A stretch of DNA of 64,000 bases from a virus: IMG/VR virus record IMGVR_UViG_3300045988_141072, positions 1 through 64,000 of that record; one strand, given 5' to 3'. Below are positions 44,614 to 52,214 of this stretch, in pieces; position 1 is the first letter of the stretch; every line of letters begins with the position of its first letter. A model generated the notes under the pieces. The model was not told the DNA's origin and ran no database searches. It saw only the letters and a program-made list of their open reading frames with translations. A program made the translations under genes and the position numbers.

Positions 44614-45426
44614 ATGAATTTAAAATACAAAATAATATCTATATTGTTGGCAACCATAATAGTTTTTACGGTAAAAAACAACGTCAATAATACAAATTAT
44701 ATAGACAATGACAATGTTTCTAATAAGGCAACTGAAACAATAGAGAATATTATAGAGCCAGAAATTGAAACAACAGAACGAATAATTACGCAGAAAGCAA
44801 CAAAGAAAAATAAATATAAAAAAGGTTATATAAAAGCCAATAACGTTAATGTTCGTGCAAAGAAGCGATTTACGGCTAAAATTAAGGGTCATTTGTTTTA
44901 TGGAGAAAAAATTAATTATATAAGAGTAAATAAAAAATGGGTTAAGATTAATAACAAAAAAATTAAGGGTTATGTGCTTGCAAAATATGTTACAAGAAAG
45001 AAGAAAAAACATAAACTACATACCAATGTTCCTAATTATACTTTATTTTCCTACATGGATTACACATGTATCACAAATACTTCCAGTCAACAATATAAAC
45101 TACAACGAAGAGCGTATACAGGAACATATGGTATACGTCAGGTCGATGGAAGGTATTGTATCGCATTAGGTAGTTATTATACAACTCGCATTGGTACATA
45201 TATTGATTTAATTCTTAACAATGGACAAGTTATCCATTGTATATTAGCCGATTGTAAGGCAGATCAACATACAGATGCTATGAATCAAAAAACAAGCGAT
45301 GGTTCACTAGTTGAATTTGTTGTGGATACTCCGGCATTGCGCTCAAAAGCAAAACGAATGGGTGATATTGCTTACAGCAACCCTAAATGGCAAAGCAGGA
45401 TTAAATATATAAAAATATATGTTTAG
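44614..45426 (+). CDS. secreted or membrane-anchored SH3b-domain protein with C-terminal 3D/DPBB-like (cell-wall-acting?) domain
   Basis: N-terminal TM/signal helix (IISILLATIIVFTV). SH3b-like GYIKANNVNVRAKK..GYVLAKYV. The C-terminal ..GRYCIALGSYYTTRIGTYIDLILNNGQVIHCILADCK.. recalls 3D/RlpA-type folds. Confidence 0.4.
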   Translation: MNLKYKIISILLATIIVFTVKNNVNNTNYIDNDNVSNKATETIENIIEPEIETTERIITQKATKKNKYKKGYIKANNVNVRAKKRFTAKIKGHLFYGEKINYIRVNKKWVKINNKKIKGYVLAKYVTRKKKKHKLHTNVPNYTLFSYMDYTCITNTSSQQYKLQRRAYTGTYGIRQVDGRYCIALGSYYTTRIGTYIDLILNNGQVIHCILADCKADQHTDAMNQKTSDGSLVEFVVDTPALRSKAKRMGDIAYSNPKWQSRIKYIKIYV

Positions 45427-45438
45427 TGGAGAATATAT

Positions 45439-45624
45439 ATGAGTAGAACAAAAAAGAAAATTGAATTAGGTACAAAAGAATATCCTTATTGTTCTAATCG
45501 TGAATGTATGGATTTTGAGTGTTTAAGACACAGGAATTATATTCCTTGGAATATCTTATTATGGCAAGAGAAATACATTCCAAATAATAAGGGTGTTTGT
45601 AAAGATAAAATTAAAGAAATATAG
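45439..45624 (+). CDS. small Cys-rich protein
   Basis: ORF track; YPYCSNRECMDFECLRHRN motif. Confidence 0.55.
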   Translation: MSRTKKKIELGTKEYPYCSNRECMDFECLRHRNYIPWNILLWQEKYIPNNKGVCKDKIKEI

Positions 45625-45635
45625 TGGAGGTGCTT

Positions 45636-45740
45636 ATGGGAATAGCAACAGGAATAGGTTTATTCTTTTTAGGAATGATAATTGGTGTTTTAATGGTGTG
45701 TTTGTGTGTAGCTGCATCATCAAACGATGAAAGGGATTAG
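45636..45740 (+). CDS. small single-TM peptide (34 aa)
   Basis: Hand-translated MGIATGIGLFFLGMIIGVLMVCLCVAASSNDERD*. The ATG lies 6 nt after GGAGGTG. Confidence 0.45.
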   Translation: MGIATGIGLFFLGMIIGVLMVCLCVAASSNDERD

Positions 45741-45747
45741 GTGAAAC

Positions 45748-46356
45748 ATGATTATAATTGTGGGTAAATCAGGAAGTGGTAAGGATTCTGTTGTAAAAAA
45801 ATTAACCAATTTTTATGACTATAAAAAAATTGTAACTTGGACAACCAGACCAATGAGACCGAAGGAAATGCAGGATGTTACATATCATTTTACAGATGAA
45901 GAAACTTTTGAAGAAAAAATTGAGGAAGGTTTCTTTGCTGAATGGAAGAAATATGAATCAATTGAAGGAACTTGGTATTATGGTACAGCATTATTAGACC
46001 TTACCACATTTAATGAGGATAAGATAATAATTCTAACACCTGATGGTTATCGAGATATTAAGGATATCATAGGTAAAGATACATTAACCGTTTATTTAAA
46101 ATCCAAAAACAGAATCCTAAAATCCAGATTAAAAAAACGTGGCGACAATCCTAAAGAAATTAAAAGAAGATTAGGACATGACAAAAAAGATTTTAAGAGT
46201 ATTGAAAAAGAGGTTGATGTAGTCATAGAAAATAACAAACGTGATTTATGGGATATTGCAAAAATGATTGAAGAGATGGATGCAATTAGAAAGGAGAATG
46301 TGGTAAATGAAAGAATTTACGATATATCTAGCTGGTGCGATGGAAGGATTGAGTGA
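45748..46356 (+). CDS. guanylate kinase-like (d)NMP kinase
   Basis: P-loop is VGKSGSGKDS, followed by TWTTRPMRPKE..Y.F..EE.F...I..G.F.E, as in Gmk. Confidence 0.75.
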   Translation: MIIIVGKSGSGKDSVVKKLTNFYDYKKIVTWTTRPMRPKEMQDVTYHFTDEETFEEKIEEGFFAEWKKYESIEGTWYYGTALLDLTTFNEDKIIILTPDGYRDIKDIIGKDTLTVYLKSKNRILKSRLKKRGDNPKEIKRRLGHDKKDFKSIEKEVDVVIENNKRDLWDIAKMIEEMDAIRKENVVNERIYDISSWCDGRIE

Positions 46357-46729
46357 TGAAGAAATCAACGGTTGGAGAAGAACGCTGAACAAAATGTTTA
46401 AACATACATATTCAAATATGAAAGTTAATTGTATTAATCCTAATGATTACTACAATTTTAACGAAGTTGGTTATGACAGCCAGCGTGAAGTTATGGATTT
46501 TGATTTATATAAAGTCCGTCATAGCGATATGGTAATTGTTAATTTTTCGCATTGCTTTTCTAAAGGAACATTAGTCGAACAGGCAATTGCATTTGAAAAT
46601 AATATTCCGGTTATTGGATTGAATGAAAATCACAATAAACTTCATCCGTGGCAGATAGAACTAAGCAATAAAATATTTGATGATAAATTAAAACTTGTTT
46701 CCTATGTAACTAATTTTTATCTAAATTAA
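46307..46729 (+). CDS. nucleoside 2-deoxyribosyltransferase-like protein
   Basis: IYLAGAM N-terminus and GTLVEQAIAFENNIPVIGL (catalytic-Glu context). ATG after AAGGAGAA; overlaps the kinase ORF by 50 nt. Confidence 0.6.
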   Translation: MKEFTIYLAGAMEGLSDEEINGWRRTLNKMFKHTYSNMKVNCINPNDYYNFNEVGYDSQREVMDFDLYKVRHSDMVIVNFSHCFSKGTLVEQAIAFENNIPVIGLNENHNKLHPWQIELSNKIFDDKLKLVSYVTNFYLN

Positions 46730-46741
46730 GCGAGGTGGATT

Positions 46742-46909
46742 ATGTCAGATATAACAGCGTGCAGTAGTATTAATTGTCCCGAAAGAGATAATTGTTATAG
46801 AGCAACTGCAAAATCGTCTAAATGGCAGAGTTGGTCAAATTTTGAGTACACATGCAACGAAAATAATGGATTTGAAAATTTTATACCAAATTTAAAACAA
46901 ATACAATAA
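46742..46909 (+). CDS. small Cys-rich protein (55 aa)
   Basis: Hand-translated MSDITACSSINCPERDNCYRATAKSSKWQSWSNFEYTCNENNGFENFIPNLKQIQ*. SD is GAGGTGGA. Confidence 0.5.
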   Translation: MSDITACSSINCPERDNCYRATAKSSKWQSWSNFEYTCNENNGFENFIPNLKQIQ

Positions 46910-47002
46910 AATAAGTCAAGAAAATAACTCTAAAATTGATTTATTTTAATCAAAAAATCAAATGAAAGGTTGATTTCTTATGAAATCAGAAAAGGAGATA
47001 AA

Positions 47003-47140
47003 ATGAAATTCAATTTTATAGATTGTATAGAATTTGAGATTGATTGGAAAGCTGTAGCAGCGATTGCAGCATGTGTACTTGGTTATGCAATCATAACAGT
47101 AATTCAGAAAGGAGATATACATATTGACAAAAGTAATTAA
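47003..47140 (+). CDS. small single-TM protein (45 aa) overlapping the nrdD start
   Basis: Hand-translated MKFNFIDCIEFEIDWKAVAAIAACVLGYAIITVIQKGDIHIDKSN*. SD is AAGGAGA. Its 3-prime end contains the SD and TTG start of nrdD. Confidence 0.4.
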   Translation: MKFNFIDCIEFEIDWKAVAAIAACVLGYAIITVIQKGDIHIDKSN

Positions 47141-50100
47141 AAGAGACTGTTCCGAAGTTGATTTTGACAAATCAAAAATCTCAACTGCAATTCTTAAAGC
47201 TATGAAGAATGGTTCAGGCATTGTAAAACCAAAGATTGCGGATGACATTGCAAATGAGATTGAAGAAGAGTGTAAGGATAAAGAAGAAGTAAGTATTTCC
47301 GACATTGAATCAATGGTTTATGATAAATTGATTACAAAAAAACAGAGACTTACGGCAAAGGCTTATGAGGGATATAGAAGTATTAGAGAATTTCAGAGAG
47401 AAAACGAAAATACAACAGATGAACAAATTTCAGAATTATTAGATGGTACTAGTGATTATTGGAATAATGAAAATTCCAATAAAAATGCTCGTTTATTAAC
47501 AACTCAACGTGATTACATGGCAGGCATTATTAGTACAGATATTACAAGGAGATTCCTTTTGCCACTGGAAGTAGTACAAGCACATGATGATGGATTACTT
47601 CATTTTCATGATGCGGATTATTTCGGACAAAATGCAATAACGAATTGTAGCTTAATTAATTTGGAGGATATGTTACAAAATGGCACATGTATTAATAAAG
47701 TAAAAATTGATAAACCACATAGATTTATCACGGCTATGACCATTGCAACTCAAATAATTACAGCAGTTACGAGTAGCCAATATGGGGGAGCGAGCATAAC
47801 TTTAACACATTTAGCTCCATTTGTTAGGGATAGTTACAATTCTTATTATAAAAAATATATTAAGTGGGGATTTTCTGATGAAAGTTCTAAAAAATACGCA
47901 AGTATTGATACCAAAAAAGAAATTATTGATGGAGTACAGACATTTAATTATCAGTGCAATAGTATGACAACAACTAATGGACAGTCTCCATTTTTAAGTG
48001 TCTTTATGTATCTTGGAGAAACAGAAGAATATAAGAATGAACTTGCTATGATCATTGAAGAATTCCTCAACCAAAGAATTTTAGGAATGAAAAATGAAGT
48101 TGGCGTATATGTAACTCAGGCATTTCCAAAATTGCTTTATATTCTTGAAGAAGATAATATTACACCTAATTCAAAATATTGGTATTTGACAGAACTTGCA
48201 GCCAAATGTACTGCTAAACGTATGGTTCCTGATTATATATCTGAAAAGAAAATGAAAGAATTTAAAGAAAATAATTGTTTTCCTTGTATGGGATGTGTTG
48301 ACGGAAAAGAACTCGTTACATATAAGATTAAGAATAATTTATATGTAGAATCATTTGAAAGAATGTGGAGGAGGTTGTCTGATTCATTTGAAATCAAACA
48401 TCAGTATTCCGAAACTAATCCTAATTTATATATGGATTTATCAGAAGTAACGATTTATGATACAGAAAAAGGATTTGTTGATACAAAAAGAATTATTCGT
48501 AATGTATCAAGCGAATGGTTAGATGTTGATTTTTCAAATGGTAGAAGGTTGTTATGTACAACAGATCACCCATTAACATTAAGAAATGGTAGAAATGTAC
48601 ATGCATCAGAGTTAAAACTTGGAGATAAAATTTTAATCAATTCAAATCAGTATAACGAAGAATCAATTCTATTCAATATTGATAAAGCATGGCTACTTGG
48701 ATTTATGCTATGTGATGGATGTTATCAAAATAATCATGTATTCGCTTCTATTGCTGCAACAGGAGAAGATGAAATTGAAGAAAAATTTAGTAACACATTT
48801 ACTAAGTATTTCGGTCTGAATGTTAAAACAATTCTACAAGAACGTGGTAAAAAAGGAACATACAAAGATTTATGTGCAATTTCAGATAATAACGGTGGAA
48901 TTCAATATGTGGCAAATTATTTTACATCAAAATTTGGAGGTATCAATAAAGTAAATAGACAAATTCCAAATGAAGTATTCTCATGGAATTATGAAGCAAA
49001 GCTTGCCTTTTTTGCAGGAATGATTGATGCAGACGGATATATCAATTCACATCAAAACGAAAAGAACTTTTCTACTGTTCAAATCGGCTCTACTAATAAA
49101 GAATTAGCACTTCAGCAAATGGCGTTAGCACAATCTATTGGAATCCCAGCTAAAATTTATCATAATCATTACACAAAGAAAAATCCGGAATTGATTAGAT
49201 ATAGGGTTGAATTTTACCCAACTGATGAATTGATTAATTACATTGTATGCAAAAAGAAATGTGATAACTATATTGAATCAAATGTATCAGGATATGCTAT
49301 TGAATCAGAAGTTATCAAGATTAATCCAATTCATAAAGAAATGTATAGTTATGATGTGACAACATCTAGTGAGCATTTTGAAGTTAGTGGTATTTATAGC
49401 CACAATTGTCGTAGTTTCCTTTCACCATATAAGGATGAAAATGGTAATTATAAATTTTATGGACGCTTCAATCAGGGCGTAGTAACTATTAATCTTGTAG
49501 ATGTGGCTTTATCATCAGAAGGTGATTTTGATAAGTTTTGGCAATTAATGGAGCAAAGAACAGAACTTTGCCACAAAGCACTAAAATGTAGACATGAGAG
49601 ACTTGAAGGAACTTTATCAGATGTTGCACCTATTTTATGGCAGGACGGAGCATTTGCTAGACTTAAAAAGGGTGAGAAAATTGATAAATTACTTCATGGT
49701 GGATATTCGAGCATTTCACTTGGATATGCTGGACTTTACGAATGTGTAAAGTATATGACAGGAAAATCTCATACAGATCATTCTATTGGACATGATTTTG
49801 GGATTAAAGTAATGGAGTTCTTAAATAATAAATGCGAACAGTGGAAGAGTGAAGAAAATATTGGATATAGTACATATGGATCCCCGATAGAAAGCACAAC
49901 GTATAAATTCGCCAACTGTTTAAAGAAAAGATTTGGAATTATTGAAGGTATAACCGACAGAGATTATATTACAAATTCATATCATATTTTTGTTAAAGAA
50001 CCAATCAATGCATTTGATAAACTCTATATCGAATCCGAATTTCAGTCATTATCTCTTGGGGGATCGATTTCTTATGTTGAAACTTCTGATATGACACAAA

Positions 50101-50393
50101 ATATTCCTGCAATTCTCGAAGTTATTAAATACATTTACGATAATATCATGTACGCAGAACTCAATACAAAGAGTGATTATTGTCAGGTTTGTGGTTATGA
50201 TGGTGAAATAAAAATTGTAGATGAAAATAATGAACTTATATGGGAATGCCCTAATTGTAAAAACAGAGATAAAACAAAAATGAATGTAGCAAGAAGAACA
50301 TGTGGATATATTGGGACAAATTTTTGGAATCAAGGACGTACCGAGGAAATTAATGAAAGATATGTTCACTTAACGGATATTGCGGAGGATTAA
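47124..50393 (+). CDS. nrdD: anaerobic ribonucleoside-triphosphate reductase (class III), interrupted by an intein
   Basis: ATP-cone VIKRDCSEVDFDKSKI. Conserved ..CMG|CRSFLSPY.. is split by the insert. Zn site CQVCGYDGE..CPNC. Glycyl-radical motif RRTCGYIGT. Confidence 0.9.
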   Translation: MTKVIKRDCSEVDFDKSKISTAILKAMKNGSGIVKPKIADDIANEIEEECKDKEEVSISDIESMVYDKLITKKQRLTAKAYEGYRSIREFQRENENTTDEQISELLDGTSDYWNNENSNKNARLLTTQRDYMAGIISTDITRRFLLPLEVVQAHDDGLLHFHDADYFGQNAITNCSLINLEDMLQNGTCINKVKIDKPHRFITAMTIATQIITAVTSSQYGGASITLTHLAPFVRDSYNSYYKKYIKWGFSDESSKKYASIDTKKEIIDGVQTFNYQCNSMTTTNGQSPFLSVFMYLGETEEYKNELAMIIEEFLNQRILGMKNEVGVYVTQAFPKLLYILEEDNITPNSKYWYLTELAAKCTAKRMVPDYISEKKMKEFKENNCFPCMGCVDGKELVTYKIKNNLYVESFERMWRRLSDSFEIKHQYSETNPNLYMDLSEVTIYDTEKGFVDTKRIIRNVSSEWLDVDFSNGRRLLCTTDHPLTLRNGRNVHASELKLGDKILINSNQYNEESILFNIDKAWLLGFMLCDGCYQNNHVFASIAATGEDEIEEKFSNTFTKYFGLNVKTILQERGKKGTYKDLCAISDNNGGIQYVANYFTSKFGGINKVNRQIPNEVFSWNYEAKLAFFAGMIDADGYINSHQNEKNFSTVQIGSTNKELALQQMALAQSIGIPAKIYHNHYTKKNPELIRYRVEFYPTDELINYIVCKKKCDNYIESNVSGYAIESEVIKINPIHKEMYSYDVTTSSEHFEVSGIYSHNCRSFLSPYKDENGNYKFYGRFNQGVVTINLVDVALSSEGDFDKFWQLMEQRTELCHKALKCRHERLEGTLSDVAPILWQDGAFARLKKGEKIDKLLHGGYSSISLGYAGLYECVKYMTGKSHTDHSIGHDFGIKVMEFLNNKCEQWKSEENIGYSTYGSPIESTTYKFANCLKKRFGIIEGITDRDYITNSYHIFVKEPINAFDKLYIESEFQSLSLGGSISYVETSDMTQNIPAILEVIKYIYDNIMYAELNTKSDYCQVCGYDGEIKIVDENNELIWECPNCKNRDKTKMNVARRTCGYIGTNFWNQGRTEEINERYVHLTDIAED
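48294..49406 (+). mobile_element. Intein (371 aa) with LAGLIDADG homing-endonuclease domain inside nrdD
   Basis: Begins with Cys (CVDGKELV) right after ..FPCMG and ends ..IYSHN, followed by the +1 Cys of CRSFL. LAGLIDADG blocks are AWLLGFMLCDGCY and LAFFAGMIDADGYI. The length is a multiple of 3. Confidence 0.85.
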
Positions 50394-50395
50394 AT

Positions 50396-50935
50396 ATGAG
50401 ATTTGCACAGATTAGATCTATGGACATTTCAAATGGGGAGGGAGTAGGGGTCTCCCTCTTCGTCCAAGGGTGTCCCTTTCACTGTTTTGGCTGTTTCAAC
50501 TCTGAGACATGGAATTTTGATGCTGGTAAAAAATGGACAGAAGAAACAGAAGATAAATTTATGAAATTAATTGATAGACCATATATCAAACGCATTTCTT
50601 TTCTTGGTGGTGAACCGTTGGCTGAACAGAATCTTGATGATGTCTTATCTCTTATCAAAGAAATCCGTATTTTCTTCCCTGAGAAAACTATTTGGTTGTA
50701 TACAGGATATTCTTATTCAGAAATCTTTCGAGGACAATCATCATGTTTATCTCAAGAAGGATTAAATAATTTTAAACGCAGAGAGATAATAAAACAATGT
50801 GATGTACTTGTTGATGGAGAATATATAGATGAGCAGAGAGATTTATCATTAAAATTCAGAGGTTCAAAGAATCAAAAAGTAATTGATGTAAAAGAAACGC
50901 TTAAACAAGGAAAGGTGGTTCTATATTGTGACTAA
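50396..50935 (+). CDS. nrdG: anaerobic RNR activating protein (radical SAM)
   Basis: GCPFHCFGCFN cluster motif; ISFLGGEP; immediately downstream of nrdD. Confidence 0.9.
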   Translation: MRFAQIRSMDISNGEGVGVSLFVQGCPFHCFGCFNSETWNFDAGKKWTEETEDKFMKLIDRPYIKRISFLGGEPLAEQNLDDVLSLIKEIRIFFPEKTIWLYTGYSYSEIFRGQSSCLSQEGLNNFKRREIIKQCDVLVDGEYIDEQRDLSLKFRGSKNQKVIDVKETLKQGKVVLYCD

Positions 50936-51173
50936 ACTTAATAAAAATGACACTGTTTATTTTATTAAAATTTCATTCAATCTTGAACTTACAGACATAT
51001 ATGATTTACATATTAGAACCGTAGCAGATGATTATTATGTAGGATTGGATAGTACAACAGCTAAACATGCTTATATTTTTTCAGATAGAGATATTGGCGA
51101 AACAATATTTCTTAATAAAGCAGACGCATTAGAAAAACTAATGGAGATAAAAGGAGGATACGATGGAAATTAA
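50928..51173 (+). CDS. hypothetical protein
   Basis: ORF track; GTG start 9 nt after AGGTGG. Confidence 0.55.
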   Translation: MTKLNKNDTVYFIKISFNLELTDIYDLHIRTVADDYYVGLDSTTAKHAYIFSDRDIGETIFLNKADALEKLMEIKGGYDGN

Positions 51174-51600
51174 GATTAAAAAATTAAACGAAAATGCAAT
51201 TATTCCGACTAGAGGAAGCGAACAAGCCGCTGGTTATGATTTATATGCTTGTATACCAGAAAGAATTCTAATCAATCCCCATAAAACGGTTAAAATCGGC
51301 ACAGGATTGTCAATGGAAATTCCCGAAGGTTACTTTGGAGCAATATTTGCCCGCAGTGGATTAGCAACAAAAAGAGGAATCAGACCATCTAATTGCGTTG
51401 GGGTTTGTGATAGTGATTACCGTGGAGAATATATAGTTGCTTTACATAATGACACAGATGGAATAAAAATGGTTGAACCAAACGAAAGAATTGCTCAATT
51501 AATAGTAATGCCATACTTATCTGTTGACTTTAAAGAAGTAAATGAATTATCTGATACTAACAGAGGTGTAGGTGGATTTGGTTCAACTGGAAAGGCGTGA
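51163..51600 (+). CDS. dut: dUTP diphosphatase
   Basis: Motifs AAGYDLYA, ARSGLA, GVCDSDYRGE and RGVGGFGSTGK. Confidence 0.95.
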   Translation: MEIKIKKLNENAIIPTRGSEQAAGYDLYACIPERILINPHKTVKIGTGLSMEIPEGYFGAIFARSGLATKRGIRPSNCVGVCDSDYRGEYIVALHNDTDGIKMVEPNERIAQLIVMPYLSVDFKEVNELSDTNRGVGGFGSTGKA

Positions 51601-51602
51601 TT

Positions 51603-51824
51603 ATGAATAGAGAAGATAAAATGCTGTATACAGTAAAAGAAGCATCGGCTACATTAGGAGTAAGTATTCATCTTGTATATGATCTTATTAATAAAGGATT
51701 GCTCCCTGCACTTAAATTAGGTAGCCTTAAAATAAGAAAAGAGACTCTTGATGAGTTCACAAAGAAGTATGAAGGAATGGATTTATCTGACCTCGACCAT
51801 ATAAAAGAATTAAATATTGCATAA
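51603..51824 (+). CDS. xis: excisionase-type helix-turn-helix DNA-binding protein
   Basis: YTVKEASATLGVSIHLVYDLINKGLLPALKLGS..I is an excisionase/MerR-like HTH pattern. Sits next to attP and int. Confidence 0.65.
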   Translation: MNREDKMLYTVKEASATLGVSIHLVYDLINKGLLPALKLGSLKIRKETLDEFTKKYEGMDLSDLDHIKELNIA

Positions 51825-51831
51825 TAATAGG

Positions 51832-51872
51832 TAGGAATGGTATTATAATAAATATATCATTCCTATTTTATT
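51832..51872 (+). terminator. putative intrinsic terminator after xis
   Basis: TAGGAATG (51832-51839) pairs with CATTCCTA (51858-51865), followed by TTTTATT. The loop is large (18 nt). Confidence 0.4.
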
Positions 51873-51893
51873 GCAGGCGTTTCTAACACGCTT

Positions 51894-51915
51894 TCTCGTC
51901 CACATCTCGTCCACA
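51894..51915 (-). repeat. attP arm-type repeat cluster 1 (two tandem TCTCGTCCACA)
   Basis: TCTCGTCCACA at 51894-51904 and 51905-51915, the reverse complement of TGTGGACGAGA. Confidence 0.6.
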
Positions 51916-52055
51916 TTCAAGATAATCACACATAAAAATAATAAAACACAAAACAACACAAATCATCATAGACCATTTCGTGTAAAGCCTATGTTTATTA
52001 GCATTATACGACATATTAAATCATAATATAACATAGAAAAACAAATGGCTTTAGA

Positions 52056-52136
52056 ATGGGTAACAACCCAATGGTTGGTGCTACAGTTGCTGTTGCTGTT
52101 TCCGTTGAAGAAGCTGCAAAGGCTGGTAAGTTCTAA
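52056..52136 (+). other. host-like gene 3-prime end inside attP (candidate attachment core region)
   Basis: A 26-codon open frame ..MGNNPMVGATVAVAVSVEEAAKAGKF* with no SD. Composition is GC-richer and GCT/GTT/GGT-biased, unlike the flanks, and a strong terminator follows immediately. Confidence 0.45.
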
Positions 52137-52164
52137 ATAAAAAGCTTGATTTTATAGGCTTTTG

Positions 52165-52204
52165 GAGAGTCTTTGGAGAAATCCGAAGACTCTCTTATTT
52201 TTTA
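52165..52204 (+). terminator. intrinsic terminator
   Basis: GAGAGTCTTTGG (52165-52176) pairs with CCGAAGACTCTC (52183-52194), followed by TTATTTTTTA. Confidence 0.75.
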
Positions 52205-52214
52205 TAAAAGTGCA

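Noticed and set aside
44620-45012. 130-aa minus-strand ORF
   Set aside because: It is antisense to the SH3b protein gene, very hydrophobic and low in complexity, with no SD.
46958-47305. 115-aa minus-strand ORF across the nrdD start
   Set aside because: It is antisense to the nrdD ATP-cone and the mini-ORF, with no SD.
52045-52140. 31-aa ORF MALEWVTTQWLVLQLLLLFPLKKLQRLVSSK* in the attP region
   Set aside because: It has no SD. The overlapping frame, with Ala/Val/Gly-rich sequence and biased codons followed by a terminator, looks more like a genuine (host-derived) coding remnant. Neither is called as a gene.
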